64,000 nucleotides of DNA, from positions 87,916,001 through 87,980,000 of the forward strand of contig OZ024743.1 of the NCBI GenBank assembly GCA_964016885.1. Reading direction: 5' to 3'. A program made the position numbers and the translations under genes. The notes beneath the pieces were generated by a model, which worked only from the letters and a program-made list of their open reading frames with translations, ran no database searches and was not told where the DNA came from. Source of the DNA: Eledone cirrhosa (lineage: Eukaryota). This document shows, piece by piece, positions 13,558 through 29,649 of this stretch (position 1 is its first letter; each line of letters starts with the position of its first letter).

Positions 13558-16500
13558 ATACATACCAGACAGTAAACTGTGCGACTTATACATACTAGAC
13601 AACACAGTAAACTGTGCGACTTATACATACTAGACAACACAGTAAACTGTGCGACTTATACATGCTAGACAACACAGTAAACTGTGCGACTTATACATAC
13701 TAGACAACACAGTAAACTGTGCGACTTAAACATACTAGACAACACAGTAAACTGTGCGACTTATACATACTAGACAACACAGTAAACTGTGCGACTTATA
13801 CATGCTAGACAACACAGTAAACTGTGCGACTTATACATACTAGACAACACAGTAAACTGTGCGACTTAAACATACTAGACAACACAGTAAACTGTGCGAC
13901 TTATACATACTAGACAACACAGTAAACTGTGCGACTTATACATACTAGACAACACAGTAAACTGTGCGACTTATACATACTAGACAACACAGTAAACTGT
14001 GCGACTTAAACACACTAGACAACACAGTAAACTGTGCGACTTATACATACTAGCCAACATAGTAAACTGTGCAACTTATACATACTAGACAACACAGTAA
14101 ACTGTGCGACTTATACATACTAGACAACATAGTAAACTGTGCGACTTAAACACACTAGACAACACAGTAAACTGTGCGACTTATACATACTAGACAACAC
14201 AGTAAACTGTGCGACTTATACATACTAGACAACACAGTAAACTGTGCGACTTAAACACACTAGACAACACAGTAAACTGTGCGACTTATACATACTAGAC
14301 AACATAGTAAACTGTGCGACTTATACATACTAGACAACACAGTAAACTGTGCGACTTATACATACTAGACAACACAGTAAACTGTGCGACTTATACATAC
14401 TAGACAACACAGTAAACTGTGCGACTTATACATACTAGACAACACAGTAAACTGTGCGACTTATACATACTAGACAACATAGTAAACTGTGCGACTTAAA
14501 CACACTAGACAACACAGTAAACTGTGCGACTTATACATACTAGACAACACAGTAAACTGTGCGACTTATACATACTAGACAACACAGTAAACTGTGCGAC
14601 TTAAACACACTAGACAACACAGTAAACTGTGCGACTTATACATACTAGACAACATAGTAAACTGTGCGACCTATACATACTAGACAACACAGTAAACTGT
14701 GCGACTTATACATACTAGACAACACAGTAAACTGTGCGACTTATACATACTAGACAACACAGTAAACTGTGCGACTTATACATACTAGACAACACAGTAA
14801 ACTGTGCGACTTATACATACTAGACAACACAGTAAACTGTGCGACTTATACATGCTAGACAACACAGTAAACTGTGCGACTTATACATACTAGACAACAC
14901 AGTAAACTGTGCGACTTATACATACTAGACAACACAGTAAACTGTGCGACTTAAACATACTAGACAACACAGTAAACTGTGCGACTTATACATACTAGAC
15001 AACACAGTAAACTGTGCGAATTATACATACTAGACAACACAGTAAACTGTGCGACTTATACATACTAGACAACACAGTAAACTGTGCGACTTAAACACAC
15101 TAGACAACACAGTAAACTGTGCGACTTATACATACTAGCCAACATAGTAAACTGTGCGACTTATACATACTAGACAACACAGTAAACTGTGCGACTTATA
15201 CATACTAGACAACATAGTAAACTGTGCGACTTAAACACACTAGACAACACAGTAAACTGTGCGACTTATACATACTAGACAACACAGTAAACTGTGCGAC
15301 TTATACATACTAGACAACACAGTAAACTGTGCGACTTAAACACACTAGACAACACAGTAAACTGTGCGACTTATACATACTAGACAACATAGTAAACTGT
15401 GCGACTTATACATACTAGACAACACAGTAAACTGTGCGACTTATACATACTAGAGAACACAGCAAACTGTGCGACTTATACATACTAGACAACATAGTAA
15501 ACTGTGCGACTTATACATACTAGACAACACAGTAAACTGTGCGACTTATACATACTAGACAACACAGTAAACTGTGCGACTTATACATACTAGACAACAC
15601 AGTAAACTGTGCGACTTATACATACTAGACAACAGAGCAAACTGTGCGACTTATACATACTAGACAACACAGTAAACTGTGCGACTTATACATACTAGAC
15701 AACACAGTAAACTGTGCGACTTATCCAAACTAGACAACACAGTAAACTGTGCGACTTATACATACTAGACAACACAGTAAACTGTGCGACTTATACAAAC
15801 TAGACAACACAGTAGACTGTGCGACTTATACATACTAGACAACACAGTAAACTGTGCGACTTATACATACTAGACAACACAGTAAACTGTGCGACTTATA
15901 CATACTAGACAACACAGTAAACTGTGCGACTTAAACACACTAGACAACACAGTAAACTGTGCGACTTATACATACTAGACAACATAGTAAACTGTGCGAC
16001 TTATACATACTAGACAACACAGTAAACTGTGCGACTTATACATACTAGACAACATAGTAAACTGTGCGACTTAAACACACTAGACAACACAGTAAACTGT
16101 GCGACTTATACATACTAGACAACATAGTAAACTGTGCGACTTATACGTACTAGACAACACAGTAAACTGTGCGACTTAAACATACTAGACAACATAGTAA
16201 AGTGTGCGACTTATACATACTAGACAACACAGTAAACTGTGCGACTTATACAAACTAGACAACACAGTAAATTGTGCGACTTATACATACTAGACAACAC
16301 AGCAAACTGTGCGACTTATACATACTAGACAACACAGCAAACTGTGCGACTTATACATACTAGACAACACAGTAAACTGTGCGACTTATACATACTAAAC
16401 AACATAGTAAAGTGTGCGACTTATACATACTAGACAACACAGTAAACTGTGCGACTTATCCAAACTAGACAACACAGTAAACTGTGCGACTTATACATAC

Positions 16501-19500
16501 TAGACAACACAGTAAACTGTGCGACTTATACAAACTAGACAACACAGTAAACTGTGCGACTTATACATACTAGACAACACAGTAAACTGTGCGACTTATA
16601 CATACTAGAGAACACAGCAAACTGTGCGACTTATACATACTAGACAACATAGTAAACTGTGCGACTTATACATACTAGACAACACAGTAAACTGTGCGAC
16701 TTATACATACTAGACAACACAGTAAACTGTGCGACTTATACATACTAGACAACACAGTAAACTGTGCGACTTATACATACTAGACAACAGAGCAAACTGT
16801 GCGACTTATACATACTAGACAACACAGTAAACTGTGCGACTTATACATACTAGACAACACAGTAAACTGTGCGACTTATACAAACTAGACAACACAGTAA
16901 ACTGTGCGACTTATACATACTAGACAACACAGTAAACTGTGCGACTTATACATACTACACAACACAGTAAACTGTGCGACTTATACATACTAGACAACAC
17001 AGTAAACTGTGCGACTTATACATACTAGAGAACACAGCAAACTGTGCGACTTATACATACTAGACAACACAGTAAACTGTGCGACTTATACATACAAGAC
17101 AACACAGTAAACTGTGAGACTTATACATACTAGACAACACAGTAAACTGTGCGACATATACATACTAGACAACACAGTAAACTGTGCGACTTATACATAC
17201 AAGACAACACAGTAAACTGTGCGACTTATACATACTAGACAACACATTAAACTGTGCGACTTATACATACAAGACAACACAGTAAACTGTGCGACTTATA
17301 CATACTAGACAACACAGTAAACTGTGCGACTTATACATACTAGACAACACAGTAAACTGTGCGACTTATACATACGAGACAACACAGTAAACTGTGCGAC
17401 TTATACATACTAGACAACACAGTAAACTGTGCGACTTATACATACAAGACAACACAGTAAACTGTGCGACTTATACATACTAGACAACACAGTAAACTGT
17501 GCGACTTATACATACTAGACAACACAGTAAACTGTGCGACTTATACATACGAGACAACACAGTAAACTGTGCGACTTATACATACTAGACAACACAGTAA
17601 ACTGTGCGACTTATACATACAAGACAACACAGTAAACTGTGCGACTTATACATACTAGAGAACACAGTAAACTGTGCGACTTATACATACTAGACAACAC
17701 AGTAAACTGTGCGACTTATACATACAAGACAACACAGTAAACTGTGCGACTTATACATACTAGACAACACAGTAAACTGTGCGACTTATAAATACAAGAC
17801 AACACAGTAAACTGTGCGACTTATACATACTAGACAACACAGTAAACTGTGCGACTTATACATACAAGACAACACAGTAAACTGTGCGACTTATACATAC
17901 TAGACAACACAGTAAACTGTGCGACTTATACATACGAGACAACACAGTAAACTGTGCGACTTATACATACTAGACAACACAGTAAACTGTGCGACTTATA
18001 CATACAAGACAACACAGTAAACTGTGCGACTTATACATACTAGACAACACAGTAAACTGTGCGACTTATACATACGAGACAACACAGTAAACTGTGCGAC
18101 TTATACATACTAGACAACACAGTAAACTGTGCGACTTATACATACAAGACAACACAGTAAACTGTGCGACTTATACATACTAGACAACACAGTAAACTGT
18201 GCGACTTATACATACGAGACAACACAGTAAACTGTGCGACTTATACATACTAGACAACACAGTAAACTGTGCGACTTATACATACAAGACAACACAGTAA
18301 ACTGTGCGACTTATACATACTAGAGAACACAGTAAACTGTGCGACTTATACATACTAGACAACACAGTAAACTGTGCGACTTATACATACAAGACAACAC
18401 AGTAAACTGTGCGACTTATACATACTAGACAACACAGTAAACTGTGCGACTTATAAATACAAGACAACACAGTAAACTGTGCGACTTATACATACTAGAC
18501 AACACAGTAAACTGTGCGACTTATACATACAAGACAACACAGTAAACTGTGCGACTTATACATACTAGACAACACAGTAAACTGTGCGACTTATACATAC
18601 GAGACAACACAGTAAACTGTGCGACTTATACATACTAGACAACACAGTAAACTGTGCGACTTATACATACAAGACAACACAGTAAACTGTGCGACTTATA
18701 CATACTAGACAACACAGTAAACTGTGCGACTTATACATACGAGACAACACAGTAAACTGTGCGACTTATACATACTAGACAACACAGTAAACTGTGCGAC
18801 TTATACATACAAGACAACACAGTAAACTGTGCGACTTATACATACTAGAGAACACAGTAAACTGTGCGACTTATACATACTAGACAACACAGTAAACTGT
18901 GCGACTTATACATACAAGACAACACAGTAAACTGTGCGACTTATACATACTAGACAACACAGTAAACTGTGCGACTTATAAATACAAGACAACACAGTAA
19001 ACTGTGCGACTTATACATACTAGACAACACAGTAAACTGTGCGACTTATACATACAAGACAACACAGTAAACTGTGCGACTTATACATACTAGACAACAC
19101 AGTAAACTGTGCGACTTATACATACAAGACAACACAGTAAACTGTGCGACTTATACATACTAGACAACACAGTAAACTGTGCGACTTATACATACGAGAC
19201 AACACAGTAAACTGTGCGACTTATACATACTAGACAACACAGTAAACTGTGCGACTTATACATACAAGACAACACAGTAAACTGTGCGACTTATACATAC
19301 TAGACAACACAGTAAACTGTGCGACTTATACATACGAGACAACACAGTAAACTGTGCGACTTATACATACTAGACAACACAGTAAACTGTGCGACTTATA
19401 CATACAAGACAACACAGTAAACTGTGCGACTTATACATACTAGACAACACAGTAAACTGTGCGACTTATACATACGAGACAACACAGTAAACTGTGCGAC

Positions 19501-20224
19501 TTATACATACTAGACAACACAGTAAACTGTGCGACTTATACATACAAGACAACACAGTAAACTGTGCGACTTATACATACTAGACAACACAGTAAACTGT
19601 GCGACTTATACATACGAGACAACACAGTAAACTGTGCGACTTATACATACTAGACAACACAGTAAACTGTGCGACTTATACATACAAGACAACACAGTAA
19701 ACTGTGCGACTTATACATACTAGACAACACAGTAAACTGTGCGACTTATACATACTAGACAACACAGTAAACTGTGCGACTTATACATGCAAGACAACAC
19801 AGTAAACTGTGCGACTTATACATACTAGACAACACAGTAAACTGTGCGACTTATACATACTAGACAACACAGTAAACTGTGCGACTTATACATACGAGAC
19901 AACACAGTAAACTGTGCGACTTATACATACTAGACAACACAGTAAACTGTGCGACTTATACATACGAGACAACACAGTAAACTGTGCGACTTATACATAC
20001 AAGACAACACAGTAAACTGTGCCACTTATACATACTAGACAACACAGTAAACTGTGCGACTTATACATACTAGACAACACAGTAAACTGTGCGACTTATA
20101 CATACAAGACAACACAGTAAACTGTGCGACTTATACATACAAGACAACACAGTAAACTGTGCGACTTATACATACTAGACAACACAGCAAACTGTGCGAC
20201 TTATACACACAAGAAAACACAGTG
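13558..20224. repeat. 35-bp tandem satellite array, ~190 copies (CATACTAGACAACACAGTAAACTGTGCGACTTATA)
   Basis: Uninterrupted 35-bp period with substitution variants and no spacers; internal dyad CACAGT-AA-ACTGTG. Confidence 0.98.
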
Positions 20225-20784
20225 AATTCTTTTTACCCAATCAATCCTCAGCAGAAATGCATCCCAATAGAAGACAGTGATCATCACCAGATGATGATGG
20301 TGGTGGTGGGTATGGGGATGGTGATGATGATGATGATGGTGTTGGTGGTGATGGTGATGATGATGATGATGGTGTTGGTGGTGAGGATGGGGTTGGTGAT
20401 GATGCTGATGGTGTTGGTGGTGATGGTGATGATTTCAAAATAAAGGGGTAGGAAATGAAGGCAGCAACGGAAGAGTGGGTGGCGGGTGGGGGGCATTTTA
20501 AACGAAGGCATAGGAGTGGGGTGGGAGGAGAGTGGGAGGTTTGATTGGGATTTAATTGAAAACATTGATTTTATTTGGTGGCGTTTGGAGCACCCCGCAC
20601 ACACACACACACACACACACGTGTATATATATGCATATACACACATGCACACAAACATATACATATGCACACACTCAGATATAGATACACACACACACAC
20701 ACGTGCTTACACATACATATATAGATAGATATACATAAACACATACACACAAACATATACATGCACACAGTCAGATATACATAG

Positions 20785-20819
<35 letters not shown>

Positions 20820-20844
20820 ATCAGTTACACCCGTGAAATATACA

Positions 20845-20889
20845 GGTACTTATGTTTCGTTGGGTTGTTTACCTCCAATTCATTCAGCC
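20845..20889 (-). ncRNA. Degenerate hammerhead-like motif
   Basis: Minus strand GG-CUGAAUGA-AUUGGAGGUAAACAACCCAAC-GAAACAUAAGUA-CC, located between (TA)n tracts; it has a 1-nt insertion in the core and a weak stem I. Confidence 0.35.
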
Positions 20890-20896
20890 AATCATA

Positions 20897-20961
<65 letters not shown>

Positions 20962-20978
20962 TATATATAAATATATAT

Positions 20979-21158
20979 AGGAAAAAGTATGACCCCAACG
21001 GCAGAGCTCAAGCCGTTTCGACGGCTATTTCTGGACTGAAATAGCGGTCGAAACAGCTTGAGCTCTGCCGTTGAGGTCAAACTTTTTACTATTTCCCACT
21101 CTACTACTCTAAGTATTGAGTTATGGTCCATCTGGTTCCTTACCACACCTCCTTCGTT
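20979..21158 (+). mobile_element. Palindromic element family P, locus 2
   Basis: Same unit as at 5811-6229, with a palindrome at ~20978-21090 and (TA)n on both sides. Confidence 0.8.
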
Positions 21159-21173
21159 ATATATATATATATA

Positions 21174-21231
<58 letters not shown>

Positions 21232-21251
21232 TATATATATATATATAACGA

Positions 21252-21359
<108 letters not shown>

Positions 21360-21379
21360 TATATATATATATATAACGA

Positions 21380-21421
<42 letters not shown>

Positions 21422-21462
21422 TATATATATATATATATACAGTATATATATATATATAACGA

Positions 21463-21498
<36 letters not shown>

Positions 21499-21541
21499 TA
21501 TATATATATATATATACAGTATATATATATATATATAACGA

Positions 21542-21577
<36 letters not shown>

Positions 21578-21617
21578 TATATATATATATATAACGAAGG
21601 AGGTGTGGTAAGGAACC

Positions 21618-21648
<31 letters not shown>

Positions 21649-21768
21649 CAGTGTATATATATATATAAACACTACTTTCATTGTTTGCGTGTGGGTTTAT
21701 AGGTGCGTATGTATGTGTATGTGTGCTTGCGCATGTACATGAGTATATGTATGTGAGTATGCGTGTGT

Positions 21769-21873
<105 letters not shown>

Positions 21874-21990
21874 AATACACTTAAAATCTCAGATCTAGAG
21901 ATCATAGGGCAATGTTTACCTGATATTTCGCCTGTTACCTATTTCGTTTCGAGGCAGATTTATTTCATATTGCCCCAACCTTTTGAAACC

Positions 21991-22038
<48 letters not shown>

Positions 22039-22079
22039 TCGTTATATATATATATATACTGTATATATATATATATATA

Positions 22080-22135
<56 letters not shown>

Positions 22136-22251
22136 TAGGTCGAACCGATTGGCGCCGCGGTCGGGATTTTACATATCTCCATACCCACTCTGCATCTCTC
22201 CATGCATTGAGTACTCCCATGATTAGTGGTCTCCCCCGTCTCAGCACGGTA

Positions 22252-22333
<82 letters not shown>

Positions 22334-22429
22334 CTCTCTGTATGTATATATATATATACTTATGTATGTATATGTATATACGTGTGAGCGTATGCTTTGC
22401 AAATGAATCACTCTCGCTGTTTAGATATA

Positions 22430-22660
22430 TTTATTACAAAAGAGATCGAAGTTTCAGCTCAACATATTTTATTCACTTTGCAATGACCAGCTCGGAGCTT
22501 TAATCGATTACAATCAACTCAAGGGTCGATTTGTGCCCCTAGATACGATGGAGTAAATCGATCCTGATTCTAACTGATTAAAGCTCCGAGCTGGTCATTT
22601 GCGAAACACATTTTACGTGTGATTACGAATATAACATTGAACTGAAGCTTTGATTCCTTT
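22430..22660. mobile_element. Nested inverted-repeat element (MITE-like)
   Basis: AATGACCAGCTCGGAGCTTTAATC (~22482-22505) and GATTAAAGCTCCGAGCTGGTCATT (~22576-22599) form a perfect inverted pair. There is also an inner GGGTCGATTT/AAATCGATCC pair and weaker outer arms. Confidence 0.7.
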
Positions 22661-23147
22661 CTTAATATAAACACACTGCATGTTACGTCAATAACAAACA
22701 GGTGTCAGTGTTAATCTACACTTTTTAACACTGAATATCCAATTCACGTAGAAGCAATAAGTGCTGAAAACGGTCCCACCAACTAGCATGATATATATAT
22801 GTGGTGGTGGGGGGTGAACAATGGAATTAAAACAAAAGTCAGACATAGATAGTTAATTAGTTCATTGTTTTATGGTCGTTTCAGGGGTTTGATTGATCGT
22901 GGTAGATCGATATATCAACTAGCAAGTAGTGGTTACGTCGCTACCTGTTTCTAGTCTCGAAATCCCTGATCAATCCCACCGTCTTTCTCAAAAACAATAT
23001 ATATGTATATGCCAGGATTTGCAACCGGTAGATAGCAATTTGAAAAACCAATGGAAACATTGTTTCCTCGGTCCAATTTGACTAACTCCACCCCACTTGT
23101 TAAGCGAATGATGCTTGAGATCTTGTCGATCGACTGATATATATATA

Positions 23148-23624
<477 letters not shown>

Positions 23625-24041
23625 CTTGGGGAGGGTCATATTGTTGTAATACTATTGCCAGAAATGACGAAACCATACATACCTACACACATATATGTAT
23701 ATATATACATATGTGCGTGGTGTGTGTGTGTGTGTGTACATACCTTATCTACCCAGATTACAAATAATTCACATTTGTATCCAGAAGTATTGCTGCAGTC
23801 AGTTCTGTTAGTCAATGTGTTAGAAATGAGGGAAATTTGGTGTTTTCGGCCAACGTGCACCTCACAAATACAATCTCTTAGTGGAATTGTAACAATGTGC
23901 AAGACTTTTCTAAAGTTCAAAATCTGACTTTCATTATGGCTGTTATCTACGGTCTAGGCGACATAGCTTGGTCTCTTTGCTGGAAACCGGCTCCCCCTTT
24001 ATAGGAAGAAGCCTGATATTCCAAAAATAAAAGAGAGGTGG

Positions 24042-24102
<61 letters not shown>

Positions 24103-24160
24103 ATACATACATACACACATGCAGCTATGCATGTTTACTACCTGCCTATATGTATGTATA

Positions 24161-24230
<70 letters not shown>

Positions 24231-24274
24231 GTATGTATATGTATGTATGTATATATATGTATATATATATACAT

Positions 24275-24325
<51 letters not shown>

Positions 24326-24498
24326 TGCAAACATACATGCATGCATATATAGATGCATACAATCATGCATACATACATACATTCAAACAGGCATACATGC
24401 TTATATACATGCATGATTACATGATTACATAAATGTATACATACGTACGCACATAAAGGAGGGGTAGCGAGAAACACATACCCGCCAATAACCAAATG

Positions 24499-24553
<55 letters not shown>

Positions 24554-24614
24554 ACCCTCAGATAAACAGGCATAACTCCAGAGCAACAAGACTTACTATT
24601 TAGTCTTAATAAAA

Positions 24615-24654
<40 letters not shown>

Positions 24655-24761
24655 AATATATATATACATATATATATATACAAATATTAGATTAAAATAA
24701 CAGATTAAAATGTATATACATATATATATATACATATATATATATACATATATAGATATAC

Positions 24762-24883
<122 letters not shown>

Positions 24884-24946
24884 ATGTATACATATATGTA
24901 TGTTTGTATACATATATATATATGTATGTATGCATATATGTATGTT

Positions 24947-25009
<63 letters not shown>

Positions 25010-25207
25010 ATAATAATAAATTTGAAGACTAAAATCCAAAGAGGGCTCGATAAGGATAAATATATATCAAATATATAAGAACCGTAGAGCAAATTAAGCA
25101 ACGATTCTTTGCTTAAACTTTAATCTGTTATTTTAATAAATAAATATATATATATAAATTAATAAAAACAATGAATAAAAACAAAGAACAAGTTCCTTAT
25201 ATTTATA

Positions 25208-25409
<202 letters not shown>

Positions 25410-25439
25410 TATATAAATATATATATATATATTTATATA

Positions 25440-25564
<125 letters not shown>

Positions 25565-25566
25565 TT

Positions 25567-25752
25567 AGTTTTAATATAGATGAGATTCTACAGGACTAGA
25601 ACTGTTTCATTCTTTAGAAATCATCTGATGATTTCTAAAGAATGAAACAGTTCTAGTCCTGTAGAATCTCATCTATATTAAAACTTTTATACTCTTCTAT
25701 GTATTGAGTACCTTACTTACTGTGGTTACCTCCGATTCAACCCGGAATAACG
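25567..25752 (+). mobile_element. (TA)n-embedded element family Q with a perfect 59-bp-arm palindrome (25567-25685) centred on a hammerhead core
   Basis: The arms are exact reverse complements around T25626. The + strand reads CTGATGA-TTTC-TAAA-GAAT-GAAA-CAGTT from 25625. The tail contains GTATTGAGTAC, shared with family P. Confidence 0.8.
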
Positions 25753-25984
25753 TATATATATATATATATATATATATTATTTCTGAAGACGGCATATATA
25801 TGTGTTTGGTATGTATATTTAATCTTGATAGTTTGTATAATTTTGTATAATTTTGTACATAGATCTGTTGAATATGCATGCCAATTCTAACACATATATA
25901 TCCTAGAAACGATCGTTAAATAATGAACTTTTTTTGTTTAATATAAGGAACTGTTTCATTGTTTTATTCATTATTATTTTTTTA

Positions 25985-26088
<104 letters not shown>

Positions 26089-26391
26089 TATATATATATA
26101 TTTATATATATATAATAGAACTTAGACACAGAAAGATGTAACCGTCGCCCACAGTAGCAAAACAGTCCTTCCGCCCCCCTTATATATAAAATGTTCTCTC
26201 ATCAGTGTGTACTTCACACCACCACTATCACCACAAGACTTGTGCTCCTCCCTCACCTCCCACCTCCTCTCTCTCTCACATACTTTTGTTTACCATTCTA
26301 CTCCACCACTTCACTCAAACATGCTTGTTACACACGCATAAACTCACATGCATATGAAGATGGTAGAGTATAATATATGTGTGTGTGTTTA

Positions 26392-26444
<53 letters not shown>

Positions 26445-26600
26445 ATATATCTTGACTCTATATATTTATCTTGACTCTGTATACCGTTTATCTTTCACCG
26501 AAAGTGATTTTTCATTACATCTCTTCTTTCCATGATATCCGGAATACATTGAGTTCTTCATACGGATTGGACACTACCGTAAACTCTTGGTAGATTTATC

Positions 26601-26656
<56 letters not shown>

Positions 26657-26666
26657 CATATATATG

Positions 26667-26753
<87 letters not shown>

Positions 26754-26847
26754 ATATGTATATATATATATGTATATATGTATATATGTATATATATATA
26801 TATATATATACATATATATGTATATATATATATATATATATATAATG

Positions 26848-26905
<58 letters not shown>

Positions 26906-26912
26906 TATATAA

Positions 26913-26958
<46 letters not shown>

Positions 26959-27131
26959 ATATGTATATATACATATCTGCACGCACACGTCACACTACAT
27001 CAACAGTCAGTCACCTCTGTACGTTAGACGCATACATACATACATACATACATACATACATACATACATACATACATACATACATACATACATACATAAT
27101 TACATATATGCATACACACACACACACACAT

Positions 27132-27197
<66 letters not shown>

Positions 27198-27332
27198 GTA
27201 CACATACATACATACAGACAGACAGACAAGCACACTTCTGTATACGGAGACACAGTGACACAAATAGCTATATGTTCATTCATTGATATATATATGTGTG
27301 GTGTATATGTGTGTGTATATATATATATATAC

Positions 27333-27363
<31 letters not shown>

Positions 27364-27372
27364 ATATGTATA

Positions 27373-27451
<79 letters not shown>

Positions 27452-27962
27452 ATATATATATATATATGTGTGTTGTGTGTGTGTGTGTGTGTGTGTATGT
27501 ATACATACATCCACACGTATATTGTGTTCCACGCCACACTGTCACATATACAGACATATACACACTTATATACACGCGCTCGTCACACAGTGACAAAACA
27601 CCACAGCCACCCACCCTATACACCTCACCCCCCTCATATACTCTCACAAATTCATAAAGACAGATTTACATGCATATATACACATATATACACATATATA
27701 CACACCCTCATATACTCTCACAAATTCATAAAGACAGATTTACATGCATATATACACATATATACACATATATACACATATATATACACATACTCTGACA
27801 TACTGACATGGAATCACATACACAGATGTAGACTGTCACATACAGGCGTACCACGTATAAATACATACACACACTCATATATACGTATATATATATATGT
27901 GTGTATGTGTGAGTGTGTGTATACACACAGTTTGTCTGAGTATATGTGCATACGTCTCACTC

Positions 27963-28022
<60 letters not shown>

Positions 28023-28077
28023 CTTAAAAGTTAAACAAGGTTCAATGAATAAATCAAAGAATGAGTTTTACAATAGA

Positions 28078-28137
<60 letters not shown>

Positions 28138-28225
28138 TCTCTCTCACTATGTATGTATATCTTTGACTGTTTGCATGTGTGTGTGTTTATATGTGTCTGA
28201 GTATATGTGTATACGTTTCACTCTG

Positions 28226-28271
<46 letters not shown>

Positions 28272-28374
28272 CACACACACAAAGTGAGACGTATACACAT
28301 ATACTCAGACACATAAACCCGTACTCACAGGCAAATACACACGCATATAACACACACACACACACACACACACA

Positions 28375-28672
28375 TAGAAAGAGAGGGGGGGAAGAGGGAG
28401 TGGTAGGAGTAATAAAAGTAAGAAAGCAGCAGTCAGTTTGAAAAACGGTGGTGGCATTACTGAAGTAGAGAAAGAACTGTGACGTTTATCAGTGAGAAAC
28501 TGTTGTGACGTCGTAGTCGTCGTCGTCCATAGTTTAAGTCCAGTTTAGTTTTGTTAGGACAGTAAGTAGCAACAAACTTCTTTAACACAAACACGACACA
28601 TATATACAGATAGATATTATATAGAACCCTTCTTCAGAGGCCCATTACAGCCCCTACCTCTGTAGATTGAAT
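28375..28672 (+). promoter_or_regulatory. Putative promoter/5' UTR of the 28673 exon with CRE-like TGACGT motifs
   Basis: Unique sequence between microsatellites and the ATG; TGACGTT at ~28480 and TGACGTC at 28506-28512. Confidence 0.3.
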
Positions 28673-29226
28673 ATGAGGGGCAGTAACGGGCTCCTGTATG
28701 GAGGTACGTCCGGAACAAACAGTACCACCCCTACATCGAACAGTCGACGAGACAAAGGCCGACGGAGCCCCAGTAATATTAGGAAAGGTTCTCAGCGACC
28801 ACACAGCAGCAGTATGCTCCCTCCGCCGCCAGATCCTCCTGTGATCCACGCCTCTGACCTGTCCACGTCTACGGACAGCCTCGGTAACGGTGGATACAGC
28901 AGTTTCCTTGGATCTACAAATAATGGACATTACCAAAGAGTACCTCAGCCGTGTCCGGAGTCGGACGGCGTTGAATGTGAACAATCTGTTGAGGATATTA
29001 CGGCACCAACGATACCAACACCACCAGCAGTACCAGCACTACCAATTTATGGAGACTTACAGAAGCAACAAACTTTGGATAATCAATACTTGGATCATAC
29101 CAATTCCTGTTCTTCGATATCTAATGAATGTTGGGATGACCCCAGTCATATCTTGGACAATTTACATATGGTCTCTATGGCAGATGACACAGCCAGCAGC
29201 ACCTCAGAATCTGAGGTTACACAAAT
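28673..29226 (+). CDS. Probable first coding exon of an unidentified gene (Ser/Pro/Gly-rich, likely disordered N-terminus MRGSNGLLYGGTSG...SSTSESEVTQ)
   Basis: The only long non-repetitive ORF (~184 codons), with raised GC. There is an in-frame stop upstream (28622-28624), ATG at 28673, and a consensus donor AT|GTAAGT at 29226/29227 followed by AT-rich intron-like sequence. Confidence 0.75.
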
Positions 29227-29649
29227 GTAAGTAAAATCTTTAAATTTTATTTATTTTATCATTTCATGTTCTTTTAATCCTTAAAGTTTTCTAAGCAAAA
29301 TCTAAAATATATTTTTAACATAAAAAAAAAAAACTTATTTTCTTTACAACCCAGAATGTTAAAAACACGTTTCTCGTTTGAGAAACGTGCTTTTAGCTAC
29401 CTAAACTAAAAACTCTTTGTTAATTCTAAAGTTTGGCTCCTAAATATAATTTGTCTTAAATGCCTATTTTAAATACAATCGACTCTTTATTGGGTTTTCG
29501 AAAATATATTAAGAATTGTGAAAGAAAAATTATTCATTAAAAATAAATAGATTTGGGTTTTGTTTTCTAACTAAAATTTCGACTTTTTATCTTACGATTA
29601 AGTTGGGACAGTTTTAGCTGTTGTTGACAAAATTTAATGGAGCACTACT

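Noticed and set aside
13558-20224. CRISPR array (35-bp repeat with internal dyad)
   Set aside because: The repeats are contiguous with no unique spacers, there are no cas genes, and the context is eukaryotic.
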